Below, piece by piece: positions 1 through 11,691 of a stretch of DNA of 64,000 nucleotides. The position numbers were made by a program, and so were the translations under genes. Location of the stretch: the NCBI RefSeq assembly GCF_030384885.1, contig NZ_CP128613.1. One strand, written 5' to 3'. The stretch comes from Escherichia coli. GTDB taxonomy: Bacteria; Pseudomonadota; Gammaproteobacteria; Enterobacterales; Enterobacteriaceae. Each line of letters starts with the position of its first letter. Position 1 is the first letter of the stretch. The notes below the pieces were generated by a model that saw only the letters and a program-made list of their open reading frames with translations, was not told the DNA's origin and did not search any database.

Positions 1-1149
1 ACCGATCTGGCAAAACGCGCACGTCCGCAGGGTGAAAAAGAGCTGGCACAGCTGCGCACCTTCGCCAAAGCCGAATTTGGCGTCGATGAGTTGCAGCCGT
101 GGGATATCGCATACTACAGCGAAAAACAGAAACAGCACCTCTACAGCATCAGTGACGAACAGCTGCGTCCGTACTTCCCGGAAAACAAAGCGGTTAACGG
201 CTTGTTTGAAGTGGTGAAACGTATTTACGGCATCACCGCTAAAGAGCGTAAAGATGTTGATGTCTGGCATCCGGATGTACGTTTCTTCGAACTGTATGAC
301 GAGAACAACGAACTGCGCGGCAGCTTCTACCTCGACCTGTATGCCCGTGAAAACAAGCGCGGCGGGGCGTGGATGGATGACTGTGTAGGCCAGATGCGTA
401 AAGCCGACGGTTCGCTGCAAAAACCGGTCGCGTATCTGACCTGTAACTTCAACCGCCCGGTGAATGGTAAACCGGCGCTGTTTACGCATGACGAAGTAAT
501 CACGCTGTTCCACGAGTTCGGTCATGGTCTGCATCATATGCTGACCCGCATTGAAACCGCCGGTGTATCCGGGATCAGCGGGGTGCCGTGGGATGCGGTC
601 GAACTGCCGAGCCAGTTTATGGAAAACTGGTGCTGGGAGCCGGAGGCGCTGGCGTTTATCTCCGGTCACTATGAGACTGGCGAACCGCTGCCGAAAGAAC
701 TGTTGGATAAAATGCTGGCGGCGAAGAACTACCAGGCGGCGCTGTTTATTCTGCGTCAGCTGGAATTCGGCCTGTTCGATTTCCGTCTACATGCAGAATT
801 CCGTCCGGATCAGGGGGCGAAAATCCTCGAAACCCTGGCAGAAATCAAGAAACTGGTTGCCGTGGTGCCGTCTCCGTCCTGGGGCCGCTTCCCGCACGCT
901 TTCAGCCATATTTTCGCCGGTGGTTATGCGGCAGGTTACTACAGCTACCTGTGGGCTGACGTACTGGCGGCAGATGCCTTCTCACGCTTTGAGGAAGAGG
1001 GTATTTTCAACCGTGAAACCGGGCAGTCGTTCCTCGACAGTATCCTGAGCCGTGGCGGTTCAGAAGAGCCGATGGATCTGTTCAAACGCTTCCGTGGGCG
1101 TGAACCGCAACTGGATGCGATGCTGGAGCATTACGGCATTAAGGGCTGA
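1..1149 (+). CDS. prlC: oligopeptidase A (M3 zinc metallopeptidase), C-terminal part; 5' end lies upstream of the window
   Basis: Frame 1 is open from base 1 to TGA at 1147-1149; HEFGHGLHH (HExxH zinc site) present; matches OpdA C-terminus as recalled. Confidence 0.9.
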   Translation, partial: TDLAKRARPQGEKELAQLRTFAKAEFGVDELQPWDIAYYSEKQKQHLYSISDEQLRPYFPENKAVNGLFEVVKRIYGITAKERKDVDVWHPDVRFFELYDENNELRGSFYLDLYARENKRGGAWMDDCVGQMRKADGSLQKPVAYLTCNFNRPVNGKPALFTHDEVITLFHEFGHGLHHMLTRIETAGVSGISGVPWDAVELPSQFMENWCWEPEALAFISGHYETGEPLPKELLDKMLAAKNYQAALFILRQLEFGLFDFRLHAEFRPDQGAKILETLAEIKKLVAVVPSPSWGRFPHAFSHIFAGGYAAGYYSYLWADVLAADAFSRFEEEGIFNRETGQSFLDSILSRGGSEEPMDLFKRFRGREPQLDAMLEHYGIKG

Positions 1150-1156
1150 TCATTCA

Positions 1157-1909
1157 GTGAAAATCTGCTTAATTGATGAAACAGGCACCGGAGACGGTGC
1201 CTTATCTGTTCTGGCGGCTCGCTGGGGGCTGGAACATGATGAAGACAACCTGATGGCGCTGGTGTTAACGCCGGAGCATCTTGAATTGCGTAAGCGCGAT
1301 GAGCCAAAACTTGGCGGCATCTTTGTTGATTTTGTTGGCGGAACGATGGCGCACCGTCGCAAATTTGGCGGTGGACGCGGTGAGGCGGTGGCGAAAGCGG
1401 TGGGCATTAAAGGCGATTATCTCCCGGACGTGGTGGACGCTACCGCAGGACTGGGGCGCGATGCCTTTGTGCTGGCTTCGGTCGGCTGTCGTGTGCGGAT
1501 GCTGGAGCGTAATCCAGTCGTTGCCGCGCTGCTCGACGACGGCCTGGCGCGTGGTTATGCGGATGCGGAAATCGGCGGCTGGTTGCAGGAGCGTTTACAG
1601 TTAATCCACGCCTCCAGCCTGACGGCGCTGACTGATATTACCCCCCGCCCGCAGGTGGTCTATCTCGACCCGATGTTCCCGCATAAGCAGAAAAGCGCGC
1701 TGGTAAAAAAAGAGATGCGCGTGTTCCAGTCGCTGGTGGGGCCGGATCTCGACGCTGATGGATTGCTGGAGCCTGCACGCTTGCTGGCGACCAAACGCGT
1801 GGTGGTAAAGCGCCCGGACTACGCGCCACCGCTGGCGAATGTCGCCACGCCAAACGCGGTAGTTACCAAAGGGCATCGCTTTGATATTTATGCAGGTACG
1901 CCGGTGTGA
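1157..1909 (+). CDS. rsmJ: 16S rRNA m2G1516 methyltransferase RsmJ
   Basis: GTG at 1157 eight bases after prlC stop gives 250 aa starting [10 protein letters not shown]; longer ORF-track start at 1052 overlaps prlC and is rejected. Confidence 0.8.
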   Translation: MKICLIDETGTGDGALSVLAARWGLEHDEDNLMALVLTPEHLELRKRDEPKLGGIFVDFVGGTMAHRRKFGGGRGEAVAKAVGIKGDYLPDVVDATAGLGRDAFVLASVGCRVRMLERNPVVAALLDDGLARGYADAEIGGWLQERLQLIHASSLTALTDITPRPQVVYLDPMFPHKQKSALVKKEMRVFQSLVGPDLDADGLLEPARLLATKRVVVKRPDYAPPLANVATPNAVVTKGHRFDIYAGTPV

Positions 1910-1916
1910 AAGTAAA

Positions 1917-1942
1917 GCAGGGTAGCGTTATCGCTACCCTGC
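1917..1942. terminator. hairpin between convergent rsmJ and dtpB, probably a bidirectional terminator
   Basis: GCAGGGTAGCG-ttat-CGCTACCCTGC perfect 11-bp stem with T-rich flanks on both strands. Confidence 0.6.
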
Positions 1943-1957
1943 TTTCTGCAAGAATAA

Positions 1958-3427
1958 TTAATGGCTTTCCGGCGTCGCAATCATGCGTTTCAGCCACGGC
2001 ACCATCAACAGCATCACTACTGCAACGCCTAGCGTGACCAGACCAATCTTACCAAACACGCTGGTATAGACGGGCAACGTCTCAAGCGGATCGGTAATGT
2101 TGTCTGGTACTGCGGTAAATGTTGCCACATAGCCGCCAAGCAAGAACGCGGCAGCTTGCGTCAGGAACCACATCCCGAGAATAAAGCCCATCAAATGCTG
2201 CGGCACCAGGGCAGCAATCATCGCCAGGCCAAGGGCACTAATAAACAGTTCACCTAAACTCTGGAATAAGTAAACCAGCACGATAAACCATGGTGATGTC
2301 AGCCCTTGTGCATCAGCAAACCACATTCCCGCAGCTGCAGCCGTCAAAAAGCCCAGCGAGCACATAAACATACCGAGAGTAAATTTCATCGGCATCGAGA
2401 GGTCTTTGCCTTTGTTACCCAAATGCGTGTAGATACCTGCCAGTATTGGGCTGGCGAGTACCACCCAGAACGGGTTAAGCGCCTGGAAGCTGACCGGGTT
2501 GATGGAAAAGCCGAGAATTTCATGATGCACGTTGTTGATGGCAAAGAAGTTCAGCGACGTTGGCATCTGGGCGTAGAGAATGTAAAACACCACCGCTTCG
2601 AGCATCAGAACAAAGGCGACAAACATTTTATTACGCCCGGTTTTATCCAGCTTGAATGCCTGACGAAAGAAGATGATGGTGACGACGATGGAGAGAACAA
2701 TCAGCACCAGATTGGCGACTTCTACGTTGTGCATCAGCCATGCACAGACGAAGATCATCACCACGCTGCCAAGTAATACGTACAACAGTTTGCTGAAGCT
2801 CATCGGCTTGAAGTCGGGTTCAGAACCAATGTCTTTCACCATTCCACGACAGGCGATGTAAACCAGTAATGCGATAATTAATCCCGCACCGCACAGGTTG
2901 TAGGTAACAGAATAACCGAATCTATCAGCGATCACAGGGGCCAACGATAACGCTATCAACGAGCCGATATTGATCGACATATAGAACAGGGTGAATGCGC
3001 CATCAAGCCGCGGATCTTTCGGTGGATAGCACTTCGAAAGCAAGCTGGCAGGGTTAGCTTTAAACAGGCCGTTACCGACAGCGATAGTCCCCAGGGCGAT
3101 GAAAATCAGGTCAGGCTTAAGTAGCGACATGCCGGTCATGAAATAGCCAATCGCCAGCACAAGTGCTCCGAGAACAATGGTGCGTTTGGTCCCCAGCAGG
3201 TGGTCGCCGACATAGCCGCCAATGGAAATGAGGCCATAGACCAGCGCAGCAAACGCACCAAAAGTGACAAAAGCCTGCTCTTGCGAGAATCCAAGCTGTT
3301 TAACGAAGAAAACCGCCAGTACGCCCTGCACGCCGTAGTAGCCGAATCGCTCCCATAACTCGACAAAAAAGATCATGAAAAATGGGCGAGGTTGCTGCAG
3401 CATCCCCATGGGTGTTGTTGTATTCAT
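1958..3427 (-). CDS. dtpB: dipeptide/tripeptide:proton symporter (POT family)
   Basis: 489-aa polytopic membrane ORF at the K-12 dtpB position between rsmJ and uspA. Confidence 0.9.
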   Translation of the reverse strand: MNTTTPMGMLQQPRPFFMIFFVELWERFGYYGVQGVLAVFFVKQLGFSQEQAFVTFGAFAALVYGLISIGGYVGDHLLGTKRTIVLGALVLAIGYFMTGMSLLKPDLIFIALGTIAVGNGLFKANPASLLSKCYPPKDPRLDGAFTLFYMSINIGSLIALSLAPVIADRFGYSVTYNLCGAGLIIALLVYIACRGMVKDIGSEPDFKPMSFSKLLYVLLGSVVMIFVCAWLMHNVEVANLVLIVLSIVVTIIFFRQAFKLDKTGRNKMFVAFVLMLEAVVFYILYAQMPTSLNFFAINNVHHEILGFSINPVSFQALNPFWVVLASPILAGIYTHLGNKGKDLSMPMKFTLGMFMCSLGFLTAAAAGMWFADAQGLTSPWFIVLVYLFQSLGELFISALGLAMIAALVPQHLMGFILGMWFLTQAAAFLLGGYVATFTAVPDNITDPLETLPVYTSVFGKIGLVTLGVAVVMLLMVPWLKRMIATPESH

Positions 3428-3689
3428 ATTTATTAACCTTCCAATACCATCCTGAAAAGTATGAACGCGTAAGGGATAACGCGCGAAAAAGTTTACATCT
3501 GTCAGAGATTCTTAATATTGATGCGGTGAATAGATTAATACACTATTACAACAGAAAATAACCAGCTGATCACACTAATGATGGAAAATATGATGGTGTT
3601 AAATGTTGTATTGGCTGGGGATTTTGATTGCGTACGCAGATCGTAGGCCAGATAAGGCGTATACGCTGCATCAGGTAACAAGGCGCGCC

Positions 3690-3720
3690 AAAAAGCAAAA
3701 CGCCCGCATATGCGGGCGTT
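3690..3720 (-). terminator. rho-independent terminator of uspA
   Basis: CGCCCGCATATGCGGGCG palindrome followed on the minus strand by TTTTGCTTTTT, about 25 bp past the uspA stop. Confidence 0.7.
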
Positions 3721-3744
3721 CAGGCACACGTCGTGGAGGGAAGA

Positions 3745-4179
3745 TTATTCTTCTTCGTCGCGCAGCGGAACAATCAGCATATCAACGTGAACGGTGTTGA
3801 TCAGCTGACGTGCGGAAGACATCAGTTTACTCCAGAAGTCCTGGTGGTGACCACAAACCACCAGATCCATATCGTATTTCTTGATTGCATCGACCAGAAC
3901 CTGGCCCAGATCGCCGCTGCCGCTCAGGGTTTCAGTGATTGGGTAGCCTGCATTAGTGGAAAGCTCGGTCAGCGCATGATGTGTCTCTTCAGAGATGCGT
4001 TTCTGCATATCACCCAGATTCACATCAATAAGCCCGGTGTATAGGTCAGAGTAGTTTACATCTACGTGGATCAGAGAAACTTTCGCATTGTAGGGGCGAG
4101 CCATAGAGACTGCTTTCTCTACCAGAACTTTGCTTTCCGGGGAGAGATCGACCGCGATGAGAATGTGTTTATAAGCCAT
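3745..4179 (-). CDS. uspA: universal stress protein A
   Basis: 144-aa [27 protein letters not shown]... matches UspA. Confidence 0.95.
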
Positions 4180-4569
4180 AGTGTTACTCCTTCCATAAAG
4201 TTGTCGATGACTGGCCAGCTAGCGTTTCTTGTGCCGTTACGTCACCCGCGTCCTGCGAACTACGTGCGCGGGGCTAACCCAGCCGTAAAGATTCAGTGTT
4301 AAGACCATCCTTACCTTATAGCGACCCGGATGATCCGTCAATCCGCCTTGCTTACCCGTTAGATAAACAAATTTTCGGCATGAATATATTGATAGTGGTT
4401 AACCTTCTGGAAAAAAAACAACCTGATCTCCTACACTATCTATAGAGCCGCTCGGATGTTGGTCACCACAAAAGCGGTTTCTCCAGGACCTGGTGTTAAC
4501 TGATTGGCAGCGTATCGGGAGCGGTAGCCCCGGGGTGGAACTCCGCGGGCAGGTCGCCGGGGAGGAGGT

Positions 4570-4905
4570 ATGATAAGCACCGTCGCATTATTTTGGGCTT
4601 TATGTGTCGTTTGCATTGTTAACATGGCGCGCTATTTCTCATCACTACGCGCGTTGTTAGTGGTACTGCGTAACTGCGATCCATTGCTCTATCAATATGT
4701 TGATGGAGGGGGCTTTTTTACCTCACATGGCCAACCCAACAAACAGGTGCGTCTCGTTTGGTATATCTATGCCCAACGTTATCGCGATCATCACGATGAT
4801 GAGTTTATTCGCCGCTGTGAGCGGGTGCGTCGGCAGTTTATTCTGACCAGCGCATTGTGTGGTCTGGTGGTGGTCAGTCTGATTGCATTGATGATTTGGC
4901 ATTAA
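4570..4905 (+). CDS. uspB: universal stress protein B (small membrane protein)
   Basis: 111-aa [26 protein letters not shown]..., divergent from uspA as in K-12. Confidence 0.9.
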
Positions 4906-4926
4906 GCACTTCAGCAAAAATAACGC

Positions 4927-4957
4927 ATAAAAAAAGCGGGCCAGCAAACTGACCCGC
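4927..4957 (-). terminator. candidate rho-independent terminator for pitA, located beyond the REP element
   Basis: GCGGG-n12-CCCGC hairpin followed on the minus strand by a run of 7 T. Confidence 0.5.
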
Positions 4958-4983
4958 TCGAGACTGATTACAAACGCAAAATT

Positions 4984-5082
4984 GCCTGATGCGCTACGCT
5001 TATCAGGCCTACATAATCTCTGCAATCTATTGAATTTGCATGTTTTTGTAGGCTGGATAAGGCGTTCACGCCGCATCCGGCA
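4984..5082. repeat. REP/BIME-type extragenic palindromic repeats (two inverted units)
   Basis: GCCTGATGCGCTACGCTTATCAGGCCTAC and GTAGGCTGGATAAGGCGTTCACGCCGCATCCGGCA units between convergent uspB and pitA. Confidence 0.75.
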
Positions 5083-5113
5083 TGAACAAAGCGCACTATG
5101 TCAACAATCTGAA

Positions 5114-5140
5114 GCGGGCCAACTGACCCGCTCGTTTTGG
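5114..5140 (+). terminator. candidate plus-strand hairpin, possibly a weak uspB terminator
   Basis: GCGGG-ccaactga-CCCGC followed by TCGTTTTGG; same stem sequence as the 4927-4957 hairpin. Confidence 0.35.
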
Positions 5141-5149
5141 TGCGTGCGA

Positions 5150-6649
5150 TTACAGGAACTGCAAGGAGAGCCAGTAAAGCCCGCCGGAAAGCAGTACCGC
5201 AGCCGGAAGGGTAAACACCCAGGCCATCAGAATACTGGTCACGGTTTTACGCTGTAAGCCGCCGCCATCTACCACCATCGTCCCCGCGACAGAAGAGGAG
5301 AGTACGTGGGTAGTGGAAACCGGCATCCCGGTATAACTCGCCAGGCCGATAGACACTGCCGCAGTCATCTGGGCAGACATCCCCTGAGCGTAGGTCATGC
5401 CTTTCTTACCGATTTTCTCACCGATAGTCGTTGCCACACGACGCCAGCCAATCATCGTACCGATACCTAACGCCAGCGCGACCGCCATGATGATCCACAC
5501 CGGCGCATACTCGATGGTGCTAAGCATGTCGGACTTCAGTTTCTTCAACAGGCGCTGATCGTCTGCACTCACGCCAGGCATCTTCACCACTTTGTCGATA
5601 GTGTCAGAAACGCACAGCATAATGCGGCGCATCTGGCTACGTTGATCAAGCGACAGCTTGTCGTAGCTTTCCACATCAGTAGTCAACATGCCTTTCAGGC
5701 GGTTGAGCGCGTTAATGGTATTCGACGGATGGCAATGGAACTCCGCAGGTTGCGTTGCGCCAGCTTCCGGAGCCGGTACTAACTGATCAGCACCGGTAGC
5801 CTGTTTCAGCAGCGCAGGGTGCTGCTCAAAGTAAGCTTCCACGTTGTTGATGGCATCACGGGTACGGGTGATTTCGTAGCCAGTGGCATTCATATTCACC
5901 ACGAAGCCTGCTGGCGCGACGCCAATCAGTACCAACATAACCAGACCAATGCCTTTCTGACCATCATTTGCGCCGTGCGAAAACGCCACGCCGATAGCGG
6001 AAAGGATCAGCGCAATACGCGTCCAGAACGGCGGCTTTTTCTTGCCGTCTTTCTTTTCACGCTCCGCTGGGGTCAGGTGGATACGGGCGCGTTTCTTGGT
6101 GCCGCTCCAGTAGCGACGCAGCAAGAAAATCAGACCGCCAGCAAACACCAGGCCGACAATAGGGGAAACGATCAGAGAACCGAAAATACTTAATACTTTC
6201 GGGATATTGAGTGCATCCACCACTGACGTCCCGGTCATCAACGCATTGGTTAAACCAATCCCGATGATCGCGCCAATCAGCGTATGAGAGCTGGATGCAG
6301 GTAAACCAAAGTACCAGGTACCCAGGTTCCAGATAATCGCCGCTAATAACATAGAGAACACCATGGCAAGTCCATGAGACGATCCCATATTAAGCAGCAG
6401 ATCCGTCGGCAGCATATGCACAATGGCATAGGCAACACTCAGACCACCCAGCAAAACACCCAAAAAGTTGAACACCGCCGCCATAACCACGGCGAGCTGA
6501 GAACGCATCGCGCGGGTATAGATAACGGTTGCCACGGCGTTGGCTGTGTCATGGAAACCATTGATGGCTTCGTAGAACAGCACAAAAGCCAGTGCAAGCA
6601 ATAATAACAGCCCGGTATGCAAATCCAGGCCAGCAAACAAATGTAGCAT
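5150..6649 (-). CDS. pitA: low-affinity inorganic phosphate transporter
   Basis: 499-aa polytopic membrane ORF, length and position as K-12 PitA. Confidence 0.9.
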
Positions 6650-6879
6650 AGGACGTTACGCCATTTTGAGGACATGAACGCGGCGCATTATCAGTGACTT
6701 TCGCGGCGCGGGCAAAGTGAAATATAGACTTTTTTTGATTTGCCTCCTGTATAGATTGCACTCAAAAAATAATTATCTTATATAATTCAGGCAAATACTT
6801 CCTTTTAGTAATATTGATGCTGGTGCGACCACTGAGGAATCTTTACAATTCACGCCCGTTTTTTTTAGAGGAGCGCAAC

Positions 6880-8082
6880 GTGGAAAGGTTTGATGCCATT
6901 ATTATAGGCGCTGGTGCGGCGGGTATGTTCTGTTCTGCGCTGGCAGGTCAGGCAGGACGCCGGGTTCTGCTGATCGATAATGGTAAAAAACCAGGGCGCA
7001 AAATCCTCATGTCTGGCGGTGGGCGCTGCAACTTTACCAACCTTTATGTCGAACCGGGCGCTTATCTGAGCCAGAATCCGCATTTTTGTAAGTCTGCACT
7101 CGCGCGTTTTACCCAGTGGGATTTCATTGATCTGGTCAATAAACACGGCATTGCCTGGCACGAGAAAACGTTAGGGCAACTCTTCTGTGATGACTCCGCG
7201 CAGCAGATTGTCGACATGCTGGTGGCTGAGTGCGAGAAGGGCAATGTGACCTTCAGATTGCGAAGCGAAGTGCTGAGTGTGGCGAAGGATGAAACAGGCT
7301 TCACGCTTGAACTGAATGGCATGACCGTCGGTAGCGAAAAACTGGTCATCGCGACCGGTGGGCTGTCAATGCCGGGGCTGGGGGCATCGCCGTTTGGTTA
7401 TAAGATTGCCGAACAATTTGGCCTCAACGTGCTGCCGACCCGCGCGGGTCTGGTGCCATTCACTTTGCATAAACCGTTGCTCGAGGAGTTACAGGTGCTG
7501 GCGGGTGTGGCGGTACCTTCCGTGATTACGGCTGAAAACGGCACCGTTTTCCGTGAGAACTTACTCTTCACCCATCGCGGCTTGTCTGGACCGGCAGTGT
7601 TGCAGATTTCCAGCTACTGGCAACCGGGTGAATTTGTCAGCATTAATCTGCTACCGGATGTGGACCTCGAAACCTTCCTGAATGAACAGCGTAACGCACA
7701 TCCGAATCAGAGCCTGAAAAACACACTGGCGGTTCATCTACCGAAGCGGTTGGTTGAACGCTTACAACAACTCGGGCAAATCCCGGATGTCTCGCTAAAA
7801 CAGCTCAACGTACGTGACCAACAGGCACTGATTAGCACATTGACCGACTGGCGTGTGCAGCCGAACGGCACTGAAGGCTATCGCACTGCCGAAGTGACGC
7901 TCGGCGGCGTGGATACCAACGAACTCTCTTCACGGACGATGGAAGCGCGCAAAGTGCCTGGGCTGTATTTCATCGGCGAAGTGATGGACGTCACCGGCTG
8001 GCTGGGGGGCTATAACTTCCAGTGGGCGTGGTCGAGTGCGTGGGCTTGTGCGCAGGATTTGATTGCTGTGAAGTCGTCCTGA
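6880..8082 (+). CDS. yhiN: putative FAD-dependent oxidoreductase (HI0933-like flavoprotein)
   Basis: GTG at 6880 preceded by AGAGGAG gives 400 aa; FDAIIIGAGAAG dinucleotide-binding motif. Confidence 0.85.
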   Translation: MERFDAIIIGAGAAGMFCSALAGQAGRRVLLIDNGKKPGRKILMSGGGRCNFTNLYVEPGAYLSQNPHFCKSALARFTQWDFIDLVNKHGIAWHEKTLGQLFCDDSAQQIVDMLVAECEKGNVTFRLRSEVLSVAKDETGFTLELNGMTVGSEKLVIATGGLSMPGLGASPFGYKIAEQFGLNVLPTRAGLVPFTLHKPLLEELQVLAGVAVPSVITAENGTVFRENLLFTHRGLSGPAVLQISSYWQPGEFVSINLLPDVDLETFLNEQRNAHPNQSLKNTLAVHLPKRLVERLQQLGQIPDVSLKQLNVRDQQALISTLTDWRVQPNGTEGYRTAEVTLGGVDTNELSSRTMEARKVPGLYFIGEVMDVTGWLGGYNFQWAWSSAWACAQDLIAVKSS

Positions 8083-8388
8083 CCTATTACCTAAAGATGA
8101 AAATTATTAGAGCCGCATTAAAAATGAGCTAATTTTGATAGTGGCTATCTTGTGATTATTTTCTAATAAGCCCGTGAACTGAAACCCTCCATGCTTAAAA
8201 TAAGGTGGGGGAATGGTGATTAAAAATCGACCGAAGTCCAGATCTTTATAAAATATGAACAGGTTGAAAAAAGACAGTAACTTTACTGTTTTTTATACTT
8301 AACCATCAATGTTAAGTTATTTCATGATACCTAAGAAAAACCAGCGTTACGCAATTGGTCGACGCTGGTTTTATCCGGTACGTTGCAA

Positions 8389-9441
8389 TTATTTTTTAGC
8401 AGAACCTGCTTCTAATATTGAAACGATTGAGAACAACGTAAAGCATACCGCTCCCAAACCGACAAGAACCCGCGAAGGAATAAAATATCCCATGTCGGTC
8501 TGCGCCATTTCCGCAAGAAACGATGCCAGGAAAAGGCAAAACAGGCAGGTGAAGACGGGAATCATCGGAATTCTGTTGGCTAACGAACAGGTACGTCTCC
8601 AGACCAGTGCCAGTAGCCAGACTTTTGAGAATATGCTGTAACAGATCATTCCAAGGCAAATGAGAATAATGCCGGGAGCCAGCCGAGCGCTTGCATCGGA
8701 ACTGACTAAGACGTATATGCCCTGCAGCACCGTGATTGAGCCGAGAAAAATAACCCAATAACACCAAAGCCAGTGCTCTTTGGATGAGAACGTATTACGT
8801 GTTTGATGGACGATTGTGGCTACAAGGCCAATGAGACAGGCACAGATTGCGGTTAACCCAAGCAATACGTGACCGGCGACATAATGTGGGGTTATGTCGG
8901 CACTGCGTAACAGCGTTATCGACCAAATGAAACCGAGCAGGGTGAGTAATACGGGAACGGCAATGAGGCAATTACCGATTAATGAAGAATAAGCCTGTGC
9001 CGGTGTTCCGTCGCTTTTGCTCCCCGATGCATTTTTGGGAATGAGCAGAAAGTGACCGGATGACGCTGCCACTGTCGATACACAGGCGGCAATCATACCA
9101 ACGCCGAAAATCACATGACCGGCGACAAACTCGTCTGCCATCACATCATTGCCTGCTAACAGTGCCCAACCCCATATCATGGTGATAATTGACCCCGCAT
9201 AGCCAATAATGGGGAACAGTGTATTGTAAAACGTATTAACGCCGCGCGTGAGCTGCGAAATGATAATAAATGCGGTAGTGAATAATGCCAGGCATATGGC
9301 TGCCAGAGAAATCAGCACATGACCCGCGACGAAATACTCGCTTTGCCCTGAACTTTCCAGCACAAAGCCACCTAACGCGATACAAATTAACCCCATAATC
9401 AAGGGGATTAATTTGAAAAGCCACCCGATATATATGTTCAC
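8389..9441 (-). CDS. yhiM: inner membrane protein YhiM
   Basis: GTG start at 9441 preceded by GAGGAG gives 350 aa; polytopic, with three internal xVAGHV repeats. Confidence 0.8.
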   Translation of the reverse strand: MNIYIGWLFKLIPLIMGLICIALGGFVLESSGQSEYFVAGHVLISLAAICLALFTTAFIIISQLTRGVNTFYNTLFPIIGYAGSIITMIWGWALLAGNDVMADEFVAGHVIFGVGMIAACVSTVAASSGHFLLIPKNASGSKSDGTPAQAYSSLIGNCLIAVPVLLTLLGFIWSITLLRSADITPHYVAGHVLLGLTAICACLIGLVATIVHQTRNTFSSKEHWLWCYWVIFLGSITVLQGIYVLVSSDASARLAPGIILICLGMICYSIFSKVWLLALVWRRTCSLANRIPMIPVFTCLFCLFLASFLAEMAQTDMGYFIPSRVLVGLGAVCFTLFSIVSILEAGSAKK

Positions 9442-9822
9442 TTTAAACTCCTCAGGTATCCCTGCTAATATCGAAATGTGCATTAATGATAATTTCAGCC
9501 TGTTAATAAAATGACGAGATATCATTAAAGACAAATGCATAGCATAACTATAGCTGGGTTTACTTTGCCGAGTGCCACTTTTCAGCGTTCAAAAGGCCAT
9601 GGTAAATAAATATTTATCCTAAGATTAATTCTTATTCTGTAGTTCTTTACAATTATCTTCCAGGGAGGGATTATTTTTCATTATTGGTAAAAGACCGGAT
9701 AGTCTCGGCGTTTAAAATCAGCGAACATATAATTATTATTGTTTTATATCGTCGTAAATATGTCTTTCAGACATGTATCGTTTATTTTGTAACAAACAAT
9801 TCAAAAATATCATAGGTTATTT

Positions 9823-11430
9823 ATGAAAGCAATTCATAATCTGATTGGAAACAACTCCTTAAGCCATGAATATAAGCATTCAGATAAAGTTAACAATCAT
9901 CAACACCATGGCAAGGTTGATAAAAAACATCTTTCAAAGACAGTTGAAGTTAATATACTGGATAAATTTTCGCAAATAGGTAACAATGCAGGCCTGCATA
10001 TCATCTATTTCCTGCAATATGGTCACTGGAATGTAAATGACTATTTTCATCAGACGGTGAAAACATCGCTTTACAATAGTGAACCTTCTATAGATATCCA
10101 AGAATATAATAGTTTCGCCAACATGGATACTGACACGTTTATCTTTACAATTATACCAGACAATAACCATGTGTTAAAATTATCATCTCCCATAACCGTT
10201 ACGATTGAGCGTAGGGATGGTTATTATTTTATTAATTTCTCCGGAGATAAATCAGATATAATTTATAAAGTTGATGGGCTTTCTATCATATCCGAAAATT
10301 TCTTTACTCTTCTTAGCGGTAATTTTAAACCTGACTGGCGTTGGGATGTCTCTACTGAGAACCTCACTAAGGAAAAGTTTGATAACTATGTTAAATCTGT
10401 GTTCTCAGAAATAGATTTTTATAAACACTGTGGTGTGATTAACCCACAAAATATGAACACGGCTTATTTTGGCGATACAGATGGAAGAGTAGGCGCTATA
10501 CTTTATGCATTGCTCGTTTCAGGGCATATAGGCATCCGGGAAGAGGGGGGGAGTTTAATATGTGAATTATTAAATCACGAAAATATGGCTTCATCTGCAT
10601 ACGAAAAGAAAAAAATGGGAGAGCTCTACGCTTTATTAAATGCAAGAGACATGATCTTGAATGAGTTGCATAATCATGTTTTTTTAAAAGGCGATGCGAT
10701 TACTCCTTGTATTTTCCTTGGAGATCATACAGGCGACAGGTTTAGTACTATTTTTGGAGATCAATATATCCTTACTTTGCTAAATTCTATGCAAAATATG
10801 GAGGGTAATAAAGATAGTCGTATAAATAAAAATGTCGTCGTTCTGGCTGGAAATCATGAAATCAATTTTAATGGTAACTATAGTGCACGACTAGCAAATC
10901 ATAGACTCTCCGCCGGTGATACATATAACTTAATTAAAACGCTTGATGTTTGTAATTATGACCCAGAAAGGAAAGTTTTAACCAGTCATCACGGAATAAT
11001 AAGAAATGAAGAAAGTAAATGTTATTGTCTCGGTGCTTTGCAGGTTCCATTTAAACAGATGAAAAATCCTACTGATCCTGAGGAATTAGCTAATATATTT
11101 AATAAAAAACATAAAGAACATATGGATGATCCTCTATTCCATCTAATCCGAAGCAATATTATGAAACCCACTGCTTTATATACTGATTATTTTAATAACA
11201 CTACTGATTTCAGACCAGCACGTAATCATATCTTCATATGTGGAGAGAAACTCAAATGTGAAGACCCCAGCAAATACATTAGACAAAAATATGGCCATCA
11301 TGGGCTCGGGGTAGATCAGAATCAACAATTTGATAATGGTATTATGGGTCTAAATTCCCGGAAGGAAGTACGTGATAAAAATAATAAAATAATTTATTCA
11401 TCAGGGCTTAGTTGTTTTCAATCTCATTAA
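9823..11430 (+). CDS. yhiL: DUF4049-type protein, paralog of YhiJ (yhiL/yhiK position), intact 535 aa
   Basis: AT-rich ORF sharing motif blocks with the next ORF: YFGDTDGxVGA, FLGDxTGDRFS, VLAGNHE. Confidence 0.7.
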   Translation: MKAIHNLIGNNSLSHEYKHSDKVNNHQHHGKVDKKHLSKTVEVNILDKFSQIGNNAGLHIIYFLQYGHWNVNDYFHQTVKTSLYNSEPSIDIQEYNSFANMDTDTFIFTIIPDNNHVLKLSSPITVTIERRDGYYFINFSGDKSDIIYKVDGLSIISENFFTLLSGNFKPDWRWDVSTENLTKEKFDNYVKSVFSEIDFYKHCGVINPQNMNTAYFGDTDGRVGAILYALLVSGHIGIREEGGSLICELLNHENMASSAYEKKKMGELYALLNARDMILNELHNHVFLKGDAITPCIFLGDHTGDRFSTIFGDQYILTLLNSMQNMEGNKDSRINKNVVVLAGNHEINFNGNYSARLANHRLSAGDTYNLIKTLDVCNYDPERKVLTSHHGIIRNEESKCYCLGALQVPFKQMKNPTDPEELANIFNKKHKEHMDDPLFHLIRSNIMKPTALYTDYFNNTTDFRPARNHIFICGEKLKCEDPSKYIRQKYGHHGLGVDQNQQFDNGIMGLNSRKEVRDKNNKIIYSSGLSCFQSH

Positions 11431-11691
11431 AACTCCATGAATACTGTGGTATGTCTTATTAATCCTGAAAGTATTTCATAGGTTTTCTTAATCGATTGTA
11501 GAGGTATGTTCTGATAACGCCTCTACAATCTCTAGGGATTTTTTCTACTTTGAGATAAGAAATTTCATATTATGCCTTAAGGCTGAATGATTTGTGCAAA
11601 ATATAATTGTTTTTCCATCGAACATGAGGTGTATGTCATAAGATTAAATATTAACTACGTATTCCTCGCGGTGAATAGCATGAGGTAAAAA

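Noticed and set aside
551-1048. 165-aa Arg/Trp-rich ORF in an alternative frame inside prlC
   Set aside because: Fully embedded in the well-supported prlC frame; composition typical of an out-of-frame artefact.
1052-1156. Longer ORF-track starts for rsmJ, and likewise for yhiN, yhiM, yhiI, yhhJ, nikR, yhhT, yhhS, dcrB, yhhL, ftsX, livJ, livK and livF
   Set aside because: These extensions overlap the upstream gene or lack a ribosome-binding site; internal starts give the lengths I recall for the E. coli proteins and have better start contexts.
4303-4569. GC-rich segment in the uspA-uspB intergenic region and the 61-aa minus-strand ORF at 4440-4625
   Set aside because: I could not define a convincing extended secondary structure or coding signal by eye; probably the uspB 5' UTR, and the ORF overlaps the uspB start.
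4984-5082. Possible CRISPR array suggested by repeated palindromic units (also at 44305, 54957, 63160)
   Set aside because: Units are the REP/BIME consensus, occur in inverted pairs without regular spacers, and no cas genes are present.
9934-10170. 78-aa antisense ORF within the yhiL-like gene
   Set aside because: Embedded in an AT-rich coding region where stop-free antisense stretches arise by chance.
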